A stretch of DNA of 59,543 bases, counting the filler. It is 4 parts of 4 records of this genome, joined end to end, with 100 filler letters (N's around TTAATTAATTAA, not from the genome) between each part and the next. Parts side by side here need not be neighbours in the genome. Positions count along the whole stretch, not along the records: positions 14,038 to 27,110 come from SRR31156797_6605; positions 27,211 to 51,897 come from SRR31156797_6616; 2 more parts are not named here. One strand, given 5' to 3'. Each line of letters starts with the position of its first letter. The first letter of the stretch is position 1. The notes beneath the pieces are model-generated. The model was not told where the DNA came from, did not search any database, and saw only the letters and a program-made list of their open reading frames with translations. Positions 19,320 to 30,632 of this stretch are shown in pieces. A program made the translations under genes and the position numbers.

Positions 19320-20819
19320 TTATTCTTTAGGCATTTCAATGTATCTGCTAAGGGGATTCGAACGACTGGCTTTTATCTGCCTGGCCAGAATGAATGCATT
19401 AAATGTTGCTCCTGTTGCATTGGTATGAGTATGGTCTCCCGGGAAAAAGGTTTTTACTTCTTTTATCCCCATTTCCTCATACTCTTTGGCAATGATGTTG
19501 TTTAAGTCAATAAAGAAACTTTCCTGTATTTCAGCAGCCTGCTTCGCCCAGCCACCATAGCTGTCATCAACACGTTCCACCTTCCCGTTTTCCCACCTGT
19601 TTCGTGGAATCATAGAAAGAACTATAACCGATACTCCTATGGTTTTTGCTTCCTGAATATAGGTTTGCATGTACCAGCCGTAAGTGTGTACCGTTTCTTC
19701 AACGGAGTCGTTGCGCACAACCAGTTGTGTTTCATTGCCCATTCCATGGAGAGATCCCCTGTATTTTGGTTTATCAATATTTCCTCCGTCATTGTGGCCG
19801 AACTGAATCAAAAGAAAATCGCCTGCTTTCATTTGTTGTTTTACTTCTTCCCATAGCCCTTCAAAAATGTAAGTTCGGCTGCTTCGTCCACCGCGGGCTT
19901 TATTAATAACTTCAATTCTGGTGGTGTCCATAAAAGCCCATAATTCGCGTCCCCAGCCAACAATGCTGTCGTTACCGTTGGCAACAGTTGAATCGCCAAT
20001 TATAAATACTTTCTTTTTCACCGGAAACTTAATGGTGGGACTTTCTAAAAGGTATTTGCTTAGTTTACATTCTTTTGATTCCTTTAAACCTTCAACAATT
20101 AAAGAAGCCGCAAGAACCGCTCCTTTAGCAGAAGTATGGGTATGATCCCAATCGAAGAAAAGTTGGTTTGTAACTTTATCTTCGCCCAGTTTTTCCATGG
20201 TTGAAGCCATCTTCTCATTTAAATCGATAAAACAAACGCCTTCTTCCATGGCCACTTCTTTTGCCCATTTGCCATAAGACTTGTTGTTTCGAGGAACGCT
20301 TTTACCTTCCCAGTCGTTACGAGGGATTGGCGACATTACTAACGGAATGGCTCCTTTAGCTTTTGCTTCGCGAATGTATTGCCGGATATACCAACCGTAC
20401 GAATGTACAATTTCATGCTTACCGGTTAGCATGTTGTCAATTTCTTCTGTTTCTTCACCTGTACCTTTTATGGTTCCTCTTGCGCGAATAGTATCGTTTA
20501 CCGGTCCGGCATCGTTGTGCCCAAACTGCATTAAAACATAATCTCCGGGTTGAAGTTTATCCAGTACCGGTTGCCATAAACCTTTGTCGCGGTATGTTCG
20601 GCTACTGGTACCTCCAAGTGCATGATTTTCGAGGTTTACTTTTGCCGTGTCGAAATATTGAATCAGCGGATCACCCCAACCCCATAAACCTTGTGCTCCA
20701 TCGCCTCTGCCGTTTTTTACGGTTGAGTCTCCAATGGTATAAATAGTTGGTTTTTGCTCATTATTTTTTGTACAGGCAATTACTGAAAATACGATAAAAA
20801 GGATAGATATAAAACGCAT
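19320..20819 (-). CDS. Tandem SGNH rhamnogalacturonan acetylesterase (two CE12-like domains), lipoprotein
   Basis: Lipobox VIAC; two copies each of IGDSTV, GGxSSRT, QFGHND and DHTHT. Confidence 0.85.
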   Translation of the reverse strand: MRFISILFIVFSVIACTKNNEQKPTIYTIGDSTVKNGRGDGAQGLWGWGDPLIQYFDTAKVNLENHALGGTSSRTYRDKGLWQPVLDKLQPGDYVLMQFGHNDAGPVNDTIRARGTIKGTGEETEEIDNMLTGKHEIVHSYGWYIRQYIREAKAKGAIPLVMSPIPRNDWEGKSVPRNNKSYGKWAKEVAMEEGVCFIDLNEKMASTMEKLGEDKVTNQLFFDWDHTHTSAKGAVLAASLIVEGLKESKECKLSKYLLESPTIKFPVKKKVFIIGDSTVANGNDSIVGWGRELWAFMDTTRIEVINKARGGRSSRTYIFEGLWEEVKQQMKAGDFLLIQFGHNDGGNIDKPKYRGSLHGMGNETQLVVRNDSVEETVHTYGWYMQTYIQEAKTIGVSVIVLSMIPRNRWENGKVERVDDSYGGWAKQAAEIQESFFIDLNNIIAKEYEEMGIKEVKTFFPGDHTHTNATGATFNAFILARQIKASRSNPLSRYIEMPKE

Positions 20820-20839
20820 GATTCTTTTTAGGTATGATT

Positions 20840-23800
20840 TTAGTTTCTTTTTAAAGTTGCAGCCATCAGGCCAATTACAATATCGTTGGTGTTGGTTTCT
20901 ATTTTTAAAGAAGCCAGTTCTTTCTCAGCATTTAAAGGAAGATCAAGTAACGAAGCGGCTCCTCCTTCAATCTTATTGGTCCCGTTTTTCTTTAATACAT
21001 CGTATGAATCCAGATGCCATTCACCGGTTTTTAAGTACAAGCGGGGAGGCTGTGGTGCATTTACTTTAAATGCGTAACCATCCTCGTAATAATCCTGCTC
21101 AATTGGCCACCAGTTGTCCGGGCTTTTTAATGGTAGAACAGCTTTGCTACCATCTTTGTAGGTAACTTTCACCCATCCATTGGTCATATTCATTTGCATG
21201 TGATGCATTGATCCTGTCATAAGCAGGTATAGATGAGAAGCCTTACCTGAAAGTGGAATTTCTGTAGCATCGGGGTAGTTATCCCATTTTGATGTAAAGA
21301 CGATGTTAGGTATCTCTTCACCAGGTGTTTGAAATGGAATTCCCTGTGGTGAAAGAATCTGATTATTATCGCCAGCTTTTGATCTTAAACCTGTATCTTC
21401 AATTTCTTCAGTTTCGCGATATGAACACCAGTCGCCAATCCCTTGCACGGGAATACTTAATGTGGGGTAGGGTGAACGAGGTGAAAAATATTGTTCTTCA
21501 AAAATATTGGTTACCCGATCATTAAACAGGCTGGAAATAATAACCTTTTCATATTTTGGATCCGCAGTTTCTGAAACATTCCAGTTTGTAATATTTAGAT
21601 TAAATGTCAGGTTGTCGTTTTTGATTTTTACCAAATTTGATCCAGGTTTTAAATCTTTCGAAGCGGTAATTATTTCTGATGTTGAACGAGTAGGAATATT
21701 TATGTTTTCCTGTTCTGAACCAACCGACCAGGTTCCGGTAAAAGCTTTTTCTGAATTATTGCGGATACGAAATACAAGTTTCTCTTTTTGTTGGTTTTTA
21801 TTGCATAACACTTCAATTGGTTGGCTTAGCTCGAACGACAAAGGTTGCCACCATTCCAGGTCGTTTTGTTTTAACTTGATGAAAACAGTTTTCCAGCCCT
21901 GCTCTCCAATCAGCTGAGCTGAAAATTTATGCTCTTCTTTTGAGGTTACTCTCAGAACCTTTTGCGGATCGTAAATCTCCAATAATGAAGAGCTGGAGAA
22001 TTTCAATTCCATTTTGTCACCTACAGCATAAATGTTTTTAGTTTCAATTTTTTCTATTGGTGAACCGGCCCATTCAATTTCTACGTCAAATTTTTTCCCA
22101 GGGCTAGTTTCTATCAGAATGGATGGATTACCAATGGTAAAATCATCGAACTTACAGTTATGTTCTTTACCGTTAATCCATACCTTATTAATTTGGTCAG
22201 AACGAGCTTTTAAGATCAGATTTAGTTTTACTTCCGAAGGGAAATGTGATTCAATCTGATACAGTTCTGTGTTGCTGTGTTTTTCGAATTGAATTGCAAT
22301 ATCTGGTGTTTTAATCGAAGCGTGCTCCCAATCTGCAGGCCAGCCCGGATTTACGGTAAGGGTTTTATTAATCATATCTGGTTGTATGCCAAATAAACCT
22401 TCCACAAAGGCACGCACGGCCATTGCAGTCGGATCTGCAAAATCACGGTACAGCTCACCACGAAAAGCATCGTGATATGAGAGTTGGCCAAAGTTACCCG
22501 GACTGCTTCCCAAAAACATATAATCGAGAAAAGTACTTTTGGTTAGATCAAAGGCTTTGTTTGGTCTTCCGCTTTGCCAATAGGCCAATGCCGTATGCAG
22601 TACTTCGGCCAGGGCCACGTTGTTTATTGACCAGGTGTAGGGCATCCAGTTGCTTGTTGCCAGTGTGTAATATTTGTTGGTTTCCAGCCCTTTCGCATTT
22701 ATTGGAATATGCGGGATGTTTTTATCGATGTATTGGGTTGCCTGGTATGCCTGAAAAGGATCAGCCAGTTTCTCGTCAACAGCATGATAAACCGTCCAAA
22801 CTGCAGCTGAAGGATGTACCAGTTGGTTCCCAAGCAAGTCCTTATATTCGGCAAACCACCCTTTTTCGGGTAACCACAAGGCATTATTAACTGCCTCTTT
22901 TATTTTTTTTGCTTCTACCAAATAAGGTTCAGGGTTTTTACCAATGAGGGGAGCAAGTTCGGCAGCCTCCAGGTTAGCCCGGTAGTTATAGGCTGATGAA
23001 TGAGTTACTCCACCACCACTATACTGTAGTGCATCGCTGGCCCAGATACTTGCGTAAGCATCGTATAGTCCGTCGTTGTTGGCATCAAAACAACGTTTTT
23101 CCCATGCTAGGTGACGCTCTAAAACAGGCCAGCTTTCACGAAGAAATTCAAGATCGCCCGTCCATCGGAAATGCGATAGTAACTGCGAGATAAATACCAG
23201 GTTCATGTCGTAATGATGCGGTTTATTCTCACCTCCCGGTCTTCGGCTAATGTATCCGTTGGTAAACAAAGCCGTACCCTTTTTTTCCTTTTGCCGTGCC
23301 AGATGTGTTTTTTCATCAGGAGTACTTGGCCCCGATGACGGTTCAGTATATTGAGATTTAAAATATCCTTTGAAATGTGTTTGAGCACGGTTGTGCCAAC
23401 CCAGCCAATCGGCGGCATAAGCTCCGCGCCAGCCATTTAAAGGCATACGCCATGCTATGGCTCCGTGCATAAACGATTGTCCATCCCAAACCGCATCGGC
23501 TGCTGTTGCCAGAGTTGCTCCAACAGCATTGATGTATTCATCGGGTGTTTCAATTCTAAACTGATCTGCGATCTTTTTCCGGGCCAATTCTGCTTCGTTA
23601 AACAGTTGGGGAAGCTCTGTATACACCGGTCTTTTTTTTGTGTCAGGATTCAGAAAAAGGAAATAATCTTCTTGTCCATTCATTGAAACAACACCTGTTA
23701 AAGCCGGAGTTTCACTTTTATCCGAGTTGTAAAACTGTAGCGGACTATCCTGTTTTGACGCATCGCTTTGTTTGATATCAGATTTTTGGGGAACCAAACC

Positions 23801-24532
23801 AAACAGTCGTGTCTTTTCTTTTAAGTGGGAAGAATGCAGTTCTTCGGGTGTTGGTTGGTAGTTGTTCTCATAAATTTCATTGTCGGATAAAGTCCTGCCC
23901 GAACCATAATAAAGGTTAAAACTGTTATCCTTAACAAAATATTCGCTGCTCGTGCAGTATTCGGGCTTTAAATAAAAGCTGGATTCAGGATCAGCTCCTA
24001 AATCGCCTTCACGCGAAAAGCGTTTGCCGCTGGCACCTCCAAATCCCCAGAATAATTTAATGTCTTTTGCAATATCCTCAGCTTGTAGTTTTAAAATGAA
24101 ACCATCGGCATCGGCTATTGCTAAAAGGTGCAGCTGAAGCTCTCCTTCTCCTAAAAACGGATCTTTTATTTGGTAGGTCATGCTGCCGGCTTCGTATCGG
24201 GCTGTAATGGTTTCAGCATCAATTAGCCATTTTGAGCTATCTGCTTTAATGAGTCCTAGTCGCAACGTACCGCCCATGCGAGGCATGTACATCGCAAATT
24301 CAGGCAGATCTCCGGCTTCAACGCGAAATCCGGTATTGGTGCCATATAAAGCCCGGTTAAAACGTTTGGTTCCGTTGTTAATTGTAAAGCCCTTACCGTC
24401 GGGGTAATACCGCAGTTCTCTTGATTGGTTATGCCAAAGTTTGGCTTGCTTTTTAACCGTTTGTTCTTGCTGACAAGAGCATAAAAAAGCAAAGGTCAGA
24501 AGAAATAAAATAGATGAGTTAATTTTTAACAC
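20840..24532 (-). CDS. DUF4450-like lipoprotein with putative six-hairpin glycosidase domain
   Basis: GTG start, lipobox LCSC; FNRALYG..FRVEAGDLPEF start; HGAIAWRMPLNGWRG, YDMNL, DANNDGLYD; lies among pectin enzymes. Confidence 0.7.
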   Translation of the reverse strand: MLKINSSILFLLTFAFLCSCQQEQTVKKQAKLWHNQSRELRYYPDGKGFTINNGTKRFNRALYGTNTGFRVEAGDLPEFAMYMPRMGGTLRLGLIKADSSKWLIDAETITARYEAGSMTYQIKDPFLGEGELQLHLLAIADADGFILKLQAEDIAKDIKLFWGFGGASGKRFSREGDLGADPESSFYLKPEYCTSSEYFVKDNSFNLYYGSGRTLSDNEIYENNYQPTPEELHSSHLKEKTRLFGLVPQKSDIKQSDASKQDSPLQFYNSDKSETPALTGVVSMNGQEDYFLFLNPDTKKRPVYTELPQLFNEAELARKKIADQFRIETPDEYINAVGATLATAADAVWDGQSFMHGAIAWRMPLNGWRGAYAADWLGWHNRAQTHFKGYFKSQYTEPSSGPSTPDEKTHLARQKEKKGTALFTNGYISRRPGGENKPHHYDMNLVFISQLLSHFRWTGDLEFLRESWPVLERHLAWEKRCFDANNDGLYDAYASIWASDALQYSGGGVTHSSAYNYRANLEAAELAPLIGKNPEPYLVEAKKIKEAVNNALWLPEKGWFAEYKDLLGNQLVHPSAAVWTVYHAVDEKLADPFQAYQATQYIDKNIPHIPINAKGLETNKYYTLATSNWMPYTWSINNVALAEVLHTALAYWQSGRPNKAFDLTKSTFLDYMFLGSSPGNFGQLSYHDAFRGELYRDFADPTAMAVRAFVEGLFGIQPDMINKTLTVNPGWPADWEHASIKTPDIAIQFEKHSNTELYQIESHFPSEVKLNLILKARSDQINKVWINGKEHNCKFDDFTIGNPSILIETSPGKKFDVEIEWAGSPIEKIETKNIYAVGDKMELKFSSSSLLEIYDPQKVLRVTSKEEHKFSAQLIGEQGWKTVFIKLKQNDLEWWQPLSFELSQPIEVLCNKNQQKEKLVFRIRNNSEKAFTGTWSVGSEQENINIPTRSTSEIITASKDLKPGSNLVKIKNDNLTFNLNITNWNVSETADPKYEKVIISSLFNDRVTNIFEEQYFSPRSPYPTLSIPVQGIGDWCSYRETEEIEDTGLRSKAGDNNQILSPQGIPFQTPGEEIPNIVFTSKWDNYPDATEIPLSGKASHLYLLMTGSMHHMQMNMTNGWVKVTYKDGSKAVLPLKSPDNWWPIEQDYYEDGYAFKVNAPQPPRLYLKTGEWHLDSYDVLKKNGTNKIEGGAASLLDLPLNAEKELASLKIETNTNDIVIGLMAATLKRN

Positions 24533-24539
24533 GATTGTT

Positions 24540-27110
24540 TTAGTTCAATAATCCAAAATAGAAATAAAGTGTTCTTTTTACAGGTTGGGGCATTACATTT
24601 AGTTCTCCTGCTGGTCCAAGTTTTGGGGTGTCGTTACTGATACCCATGGCCAGTTTTGTGCCAAGTGGAGGAATACCATCGAGGAACGAAACATTACCCA
24701 CGGGTAGGGCAGGATAGTTTTTAGGGCCTGAAATACCATAAAAATCAAACAAGCGCACAAATAGATCTTCTTCTTGCGCTACCATTGTAATTTTTCCATA
24801 AACGGTATTGAATTCCATCCAGGCCACATTGGCAAAATAGCCTTTAAACTGCGGGTGCTGCCAGTTATTATCGCCCGGCAAAACATTATTGTAAAGGCGT
24901 TGGAATACATCAAGTCTTCCACCTTGCAATCTGTTTTTCCATACGTGTGACGGACCTTCTCCCAACCATTTTGCACTTATTATATCTGATTCAGGAAAAG
25001 TAAAGCTGATACCGTTAAAATATTGCTCTCCATCCACCTGGTATTCATAATCCATTTGTAGCCAGCCGCTGTTATACATGGTCCAGGTTATCGATTTTAT
25101 ATCGCCGGAATACGCAAAAATTAGTTGCGAATGATCTTTTCCTTTTTCTTGCGACACACCAGTTAGTTGTGTTTCTCCGGAAACCAAAACCGGCCCTTTG
25201 GAGAGGGGAATGGGTAATCCAAAATCATTTTTTATGGCCGTAATTGTACCATCATTTTTGCTGAATTCAACTTTAATGCCTGACGCTTTTAACGAAATTG
25301 TTTCTTCGGATTCTGTTATTTCAACTTCCGAATTCAGGTTCTCGTCTCCCTTTTTAGCTTCAATAGGCAGGATGTTGTCTTCTTCAATTCCTTGAGCTTT
25401 AAGTTCTTTTAAACGCTCTGTTTCTTTTTTGCTCAGTGTTTTTTCAACCAGTTTTACAACCTGGTTGGTGTTTCCATCGGTTTTCCAACTCCAGGTGTAA
25501 ATTTCACTACCCGACGTATCAAATGCACTTAAATACAGCGCATCGTACTGTTTATAATTTGAAGGTAGCTCTAATTTTAGCACTCCTTTTTTTACCGGAG
25601 CAAGATCAGGACTTTTTAGTGTTCCACTTTTAAGAACCTTATGAAAAGCTCCACGTTGTTGAGGTAAACTGAAATTAACCAGTTTCCATTCAAAACGAAT
25701 ATTGCTGAGATTGGTAAAATGGTAGCGGTTCTCAACAGGTATTGTTCCGTCAAAGTCTTCCGGTAATTTATCGAGGTTAATTTTTACAGGGGAGTAAATT
25801 TCACGCATGGCATAAAAACTACCTTCTTTTTCACGGTGAGGTCCAACCAGTCCGTCGGGAGCATTAACCCGGTTGGCATCAATTACATTATCCATATCGG
25901 TACGCACCAAACCTTCGTCGGCCAGCACCCATGAAAAACCACCTGCCGAACGTTCGGAATTCCAAAAAAGTTCCCAGAAATCGGCGAGAGCAGTTGCTCC
26001 ACCACCGTCGTCTTGCGCATGTAAAAATTCGGTAGGCATATAAATTAATCCCGATTCCAGAATATTTTTAGAGCTGTAATAGTTTTCATAGTGATTGCAA
26101 TCAATACCATTGTAGTCATTTCCGGGCTTATGGTGCGCATGAATAACTGGTCGGTTCGATGGATCGTAAAAACCGTAATCATCATCCAGTTCTTTATTTG
26201 TTCCACCTTCGTTTCCATTACTCCATAAAATAATGGATGGATGGTTAACATCGCGGATCACCATTTCGCGTACCAGTTTACTTCCTGATTCGGTGTCGTA
26301 AGCATTTTGCCAACCAGCCAACTCGTTTAATACATACAAGCCAATTGAATCGCAATAGTGCAGAAAAGCTTTATCAGGAGGATAATGGGCACAACGAACA
26401 GCGTTCATGTTCATGTCTTTAATCAACCGTACATCATTCAGGTCGATTTTTGCATTTACACAGCGTCCTGTTTCGGGCCAGAAAACGTGACGGTTTACAC
26501 CTTTCATTTTAATTTTTGTCCCGTTCAGATAAATTCCATCGCCCTCGCGGATTTCAATGGTACGAAACCCAAATTTTTCAGTTAACTGGTAAATGGTTTC
26601 ATTTTTATCTTTTAAACTCACCTTAACCGAATAGAGGTTTGGTGTTTCTGCCGTCCAGGTCTGCGGATTTTCAACATTGCATGACAATACCACCATGGAG
26701 TCACCTTTAGAAACTTTGCTTTCAAAAGTTTCAACTTTATTTCCGTTGTTGTCAATAATTTCGGCAACAATTAGTTGTTTGCTATCAAGGTTTACAGGAA
26801 ACACTTCCATTGCGAAAGAGCCATCAGCTTGAGCGTTAACTGCTACCCTGTCGATATAAGTTTGTGGTACGGCCTCAAGGTAAACCGGTCGGAAAATGCC
26901 GCCAAATATCCAGTAGTCTGCATAACGTTCGGCACGGTTAACCGAATGGTTTGCCGACCATTTGTCAACGTTAACTTCCAACTCATTTTCACCTGACTTT
27001 AATTTATCGGTGATGTCGTATTTAAAGCGGTAAAACGATCCTTGGTGAATAGGTCCTGCTAACTGACCATTTATTTTTACTTCGGTATCGGTCATTGAAC
27101 CTTCAAAAAC
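24540..27110 (-). CDS. Glycoside hydrolase family 2, beta-galactosidase-like (5' truncated)
   Basis: GGIFRPVYL, FGFRTIE, KGVNRH, MNAVRCAHYP, NHPSIILWSNGNE; frame is open up to the linker. Confidence 0.88.
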   Translation of the reverse strand, partial: VFEGSMTDTEVKINGQLAGPIHQGSFYRFKYDITDKLKSGENELEVNVDKWSANHSVNRAERYADYWIFGGIFRPVYLEAVPQTYIDRVAVNAQADGSFAMEVFPVNLDSKQLIVAEIIDNNGNKVETFESKVSKGDSMVVLSCNVENPQTWTAETPNLYSVKVSLKDKNETIYQLTEKFGFRTIEIREGDGIYLNGTKIKMKGVNRHVFWPETGRCVNAKIDLNDVRLIKDMNMNAVRCAHYPPDKAFLHYCDSIGLYVLNELAGWQNAYDTESGSKLVREMVIRDVNHPSIILWSNGNEGGTNKELDDDYGFYDPSNRPVIHAHHKPGNDYNGIDCNHYENYYSSKNILESGLIYMPTEFLHAQDDGGGATALADFWELFWNSERSAGGFSWVLADEGLVRTDMDNVIDANRVNAPDGLVGPHREKEGSFYAMREIYSPVKINLDKLPEDFDGTIPVENRYHFTNLSNIRFEWKLVNFSLPQQRGAFHKVLKSGTLKSPDLAPVKKGVLKLELPSNYKQYDALYLSAFDTSGSEIYTWSWKTDGNTNQVVKLVEKTLSKKETERLKELKAQGIEEDNILPIEAKKGDENLNSEVEITESEETISLKASGIKVEFSKNDGTITAIKNDFGLPIPLSKGPVLVSGETQLTGVSQEKGKDHSQLIFAYSGDIKSITWTMYNSGWLQMDYEYQVDGEQYFNGISFTFPESDIISAKWLGEGPSHVWKNRLQGGRLDVFQRLYNNVLPGDNNWQHPQFKGYFANVAWMEFNTVYGKITMVAQEEDLFVRLFDFYGISGPKNYPALPVGNVSFLDGIPPLGTKLAMGISNDTPKLGPAGELNVMPQPVKRTLYFYFGLLN

Positions 27111-27210
27111 NNNNNNNNNNNNNNNNNNNNNNNNNNNNNNNNNNNNNNNNNNNNTTAATTAATTAANNNNNNNNNNNNNNNNNNNNNNNNNNNNNNNNNN
27201 NNNNNNNNNN
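27111..27210. other. Artificial contig linker
   Basis: N44-TTAATTAATTAA-N44. Confidence 0.98.
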
Positions 27211-30200
27211 TCCCCAGCCCCATATAGTTCCGTCAGATTTCAAGGCAGTCTTGAAATCTCCACTACCGGAAACCATAACCCATTTAGAGCTACTGCTCTC
27301 CTGAATAGGTGCATATTCTGCTGTACTTGTTGCGCCCTGAGCCAGCTGACCATAGTTATTAACTCCCCAGCTGTAAAGCTCGCCAAAAGAGTCTATGACA
27401 GTCGTTACGTTAGTACCTGCTTTAATATATTCAGGTATTGCTGCTGGCACATTAAAAGTAAATGTTTTACTTGCTGAAGCATCTCCTTTTGTAAAAGTAC
27501 CTGTCAAAACAACCGTCTGCGCACCGGCAGAAACTGTCGGTCTTGAAACATTACCGCTGCTGTCAATATACGCACTATTACTGCTTGCCCAAGTTATCGC
27601 CGAACCAAACTCAGAAGATATAGGGAGCTCAAGATCGAATATCACATTATTCTGATAAACGTTATTACCTATCAGATTATTTATTGACATAGCAGAGATA
27701 TCACTGGCAACAGCAACTTCGTCTGCGGTTGCAGAAACCGCTTTAACTGTCAGGTAAAACAGAACTGTTTCGCTGGCTTGTCCGTATGTCACAGTAGCAG
27801 TAAGCACCAAGTTTACATCGCCTGTTAAATACGAAGGTTTCGTCACAACACCCGTATCAGAGACCACACTTGTGTTACTGCTCGACCATGATATTGCAGA
27901 GCCGTATGCTGATGATGACGGCAGATAAAGATCAGAATATATATATTCAGATAAAAAGTTTGCCCCTTTAATAACATTAAATGTGAGACTAGATGCATCT
28001 GCCATCGCAATATCAGCATCAGTGAAATTACCAGCTTTTACAGTGACATAAAATTCTTTACTGTATTTAGCATTATTATATGAGAACACACCTCTGATTG
28101 TTATCACAGTATCATATAACGGCAGGCTGTATAACATACCGTAGTCAGATATGATTCCGCTATCAGAAGTGAACCAGCTAACCATCACACCGTTCTCTTC
28201 ATATGGAAGTATTAAATCTGAAGTTATGTTATCTGAGGATGTATTTGAGCCTTTGATATCATCAAATGTAACCTGATCAGCCGCAGCCTTAGCCACTGCA
28301 AGATCCGCCTCAACAACTGATCTTTCTAATACAAGATCAGTCATATATTTCCTAAACTGTTCATCGTAGTAAACAAGATAAGCTTCACATCTCTCTACAT
28401 ATTCAGGATAAGCAACATAAGGATCTATCGTCACATCAGGTGAGCCTACATGGAACGACTCCTCGTTAGCCTCATACCAATTACCGTTGTAAAGCTCACA
28501 TTCAAGCCCAGCAGAGCCGTAAGTAAAGTTATCTATGCCCGCCGCAGTTGTCGTAAGCTCTATCGGAAGATCGTCTAAAACTTTCTCAAGATCAAACTCA
28601 GGAACCGTCGTAGTAGACACGAAAAGGTGTGAGTGATTTGCAAGCTTTTCAGTAGTATGGATAGGAGTAAATATCCTCACCACCTGAGTGCCGAACTCAA
28701 CTCCGGAGATGCATGCCGTAATATTGTATTCTAAGAATCCGTTACGAAAGTATGACCTATTCGCCTTCGCCACCTGAGCATCGCTCATATAAACCTTGGT
28801 GGATGAATTGTCTATTTCATCATCCGGATCGTTAATGTAGAAATCAGTATCTTTCCCGAGGATATCAAGACCATTATCAGGCAGCCCCGGACCTTCGACA
28901 ATTATCTGATCAACACCGTGACCGTAATAATCTTTAAATCTGAACTGGACACCTGATTTATATTCTACGCCTGACTTTGTCACCTTCTGAGCAGAGAAAT
29001 TTCTAACAAACTGGTAAATCTTCCTTCCGTTGCTGGTGATATACCACTTGCCGTCATCCTTCTTTTTAAGCCAGATTTTTTTCGGAACACGCTTACCGCT
29101 TTTGTAATTCTCTATAAAATAAAGGATTACCTTATCAACTGCTATCCTTTTAGCAATGGCGAAATCCTGAATGGATGAAAAATCCTCCGTTTTAGGAAAT
29201 GAACCATTCGCCGAGAGATATGATAAAGATTTACCGTTAAGCCATCCGTCGTCACTATCGTAATAGTCAGCGAAGTCAGTACGCGATCTTTCGAAGTAAA
29301 AGTCGTTTATAAAAGCTTTGAGTTCGTCAAACATAGCAGGACCACCGCTCACATATGCAGCGACTTCTGTAGCTACTGAGCCGGGAATAGCAAGCCCGCT
29401 AAGAGAATTAACATTTCCGGAGATAACCGACTGATTGGTGTTTCTATTCAGAATATTTATACCACCGTCATTATCAACACGTATGTCAAGGTTATCGAGG
29501 ATACCGTCAACACCTGTACCGTCAGCATCGTAAGAGCCATTTATCGGATCAAAATCTGTTATGCCCATAGCCGAAAAAAGCGTGCCGAACATCGAGCGCA
29601 TAGTTCCTATCGCACTGCTCAGATTACCCCTTGTAAGCTTGTCCGAAGCGGATGATGGATCTTCATATAATGAAGCGAGGTCACCGCCGCCTATAGCTAA
29701 AGATAGTGCAAGGTTTGTATAAGGATTAAGGTTTACAACTGTATCGTCACCGGATGAAGCGGAGTAAACTTCAACATCACTATCACCGACTGTCCCTTCC
29801 GCCATCAGGAGATACGGCGGAACCAAATCACTTACATCAAAAGAGAAATGACCGCTATCACTAAGTGTGACCGATTTTACTGTACCTTCGCTGTCTTTGA
29901 TATACGCCTTACCGGCAACAGGAAGACCTGATGCGGCAATACCTGTAATAAAAACTGGTTCATCACTTTCGCTCGTACAGACCAGTTCAACATCAGTTGT
30001 AGTGTCTTTTGTAATAAAGGCGCTGTCTGAGCCGTAGCAGAGAGCAACTGAGTCAAGGTCTAGCGCTGATATTTCAAATAGGTAAGTCTTATCTGCGTCG
30101 AGAGTAAGAGATATCGATTGAGAATTTTCAACCTGCTCTGATATCTCCTGCTCGATAGTTATAAATTCTGTAGCAGAAACTTTAAGAGAGATGTTTTCAA

Positions 30201-30366
30201 TAAATTTACCATTAAAAGGTATTCGACGCCCCTCATCGAAAGCGTCAGAGTTTATGTTTAGTTTTACGCTAACCCGATCGGCTGAACCGGCACTGCCGCC
30301 GCCTCCACCGCAGGAAACGAGTATGAAAGATAAAATAATTAGTATAATAAGTGTAATTTTGCGCAT
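27211..30366 (-). CDS. Large surface lipoprotein with three Ig-like repeats and RCC1-like repeats (3' truncated)
   Basis: Lipobox LVSC then GGGGGS; three repeats of the type DLxLP..GSAISWSSSN..G.V..P; GELYSWGVNNYGQL and ALKSDGTIWGWG (RCC1/BLIP-II); GGGGAG RBS. Confidence 0.75.
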
Positions 30367-30485
30367 AATTCTCCCCAGAATCATATTTCAGAAATGATTA
30401 TATCACGAATTAATAATATTTCGTAATTGATTGTAGGGATTATTCACTAATTTCTACATAGGTTATAAGCTCTTCTTAAGAAGAA

Positions 30486-30568
30486 AGGTTCTGACCAGAT
30501 GCAACAGCTGACCCAGTACATTCTAGAGGATGAATCAGGTTAAAGCCGATACAATATAATCAGAACCT
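30486..30568 (-). ncRNA. Candidate structured RNA (rod-like hairpin with CUUUAAC bulge)
   Basis: On minus strand AGGUUCUGAUUA/UGGUCAGAACCU, UGUAUCGG/CUGUUGCA and CUGAUUCA/UGGGUCAG pair with several G-U wobbles; followed by UUCUUCUU. Confidence 0.45.
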
Positions 30569-30632
30569 AAACTTAAAACACGAATCTCATTCTTAATGCG
30601 GATGTTTTTAAGGCGAAGAGATAGCAATCCAC

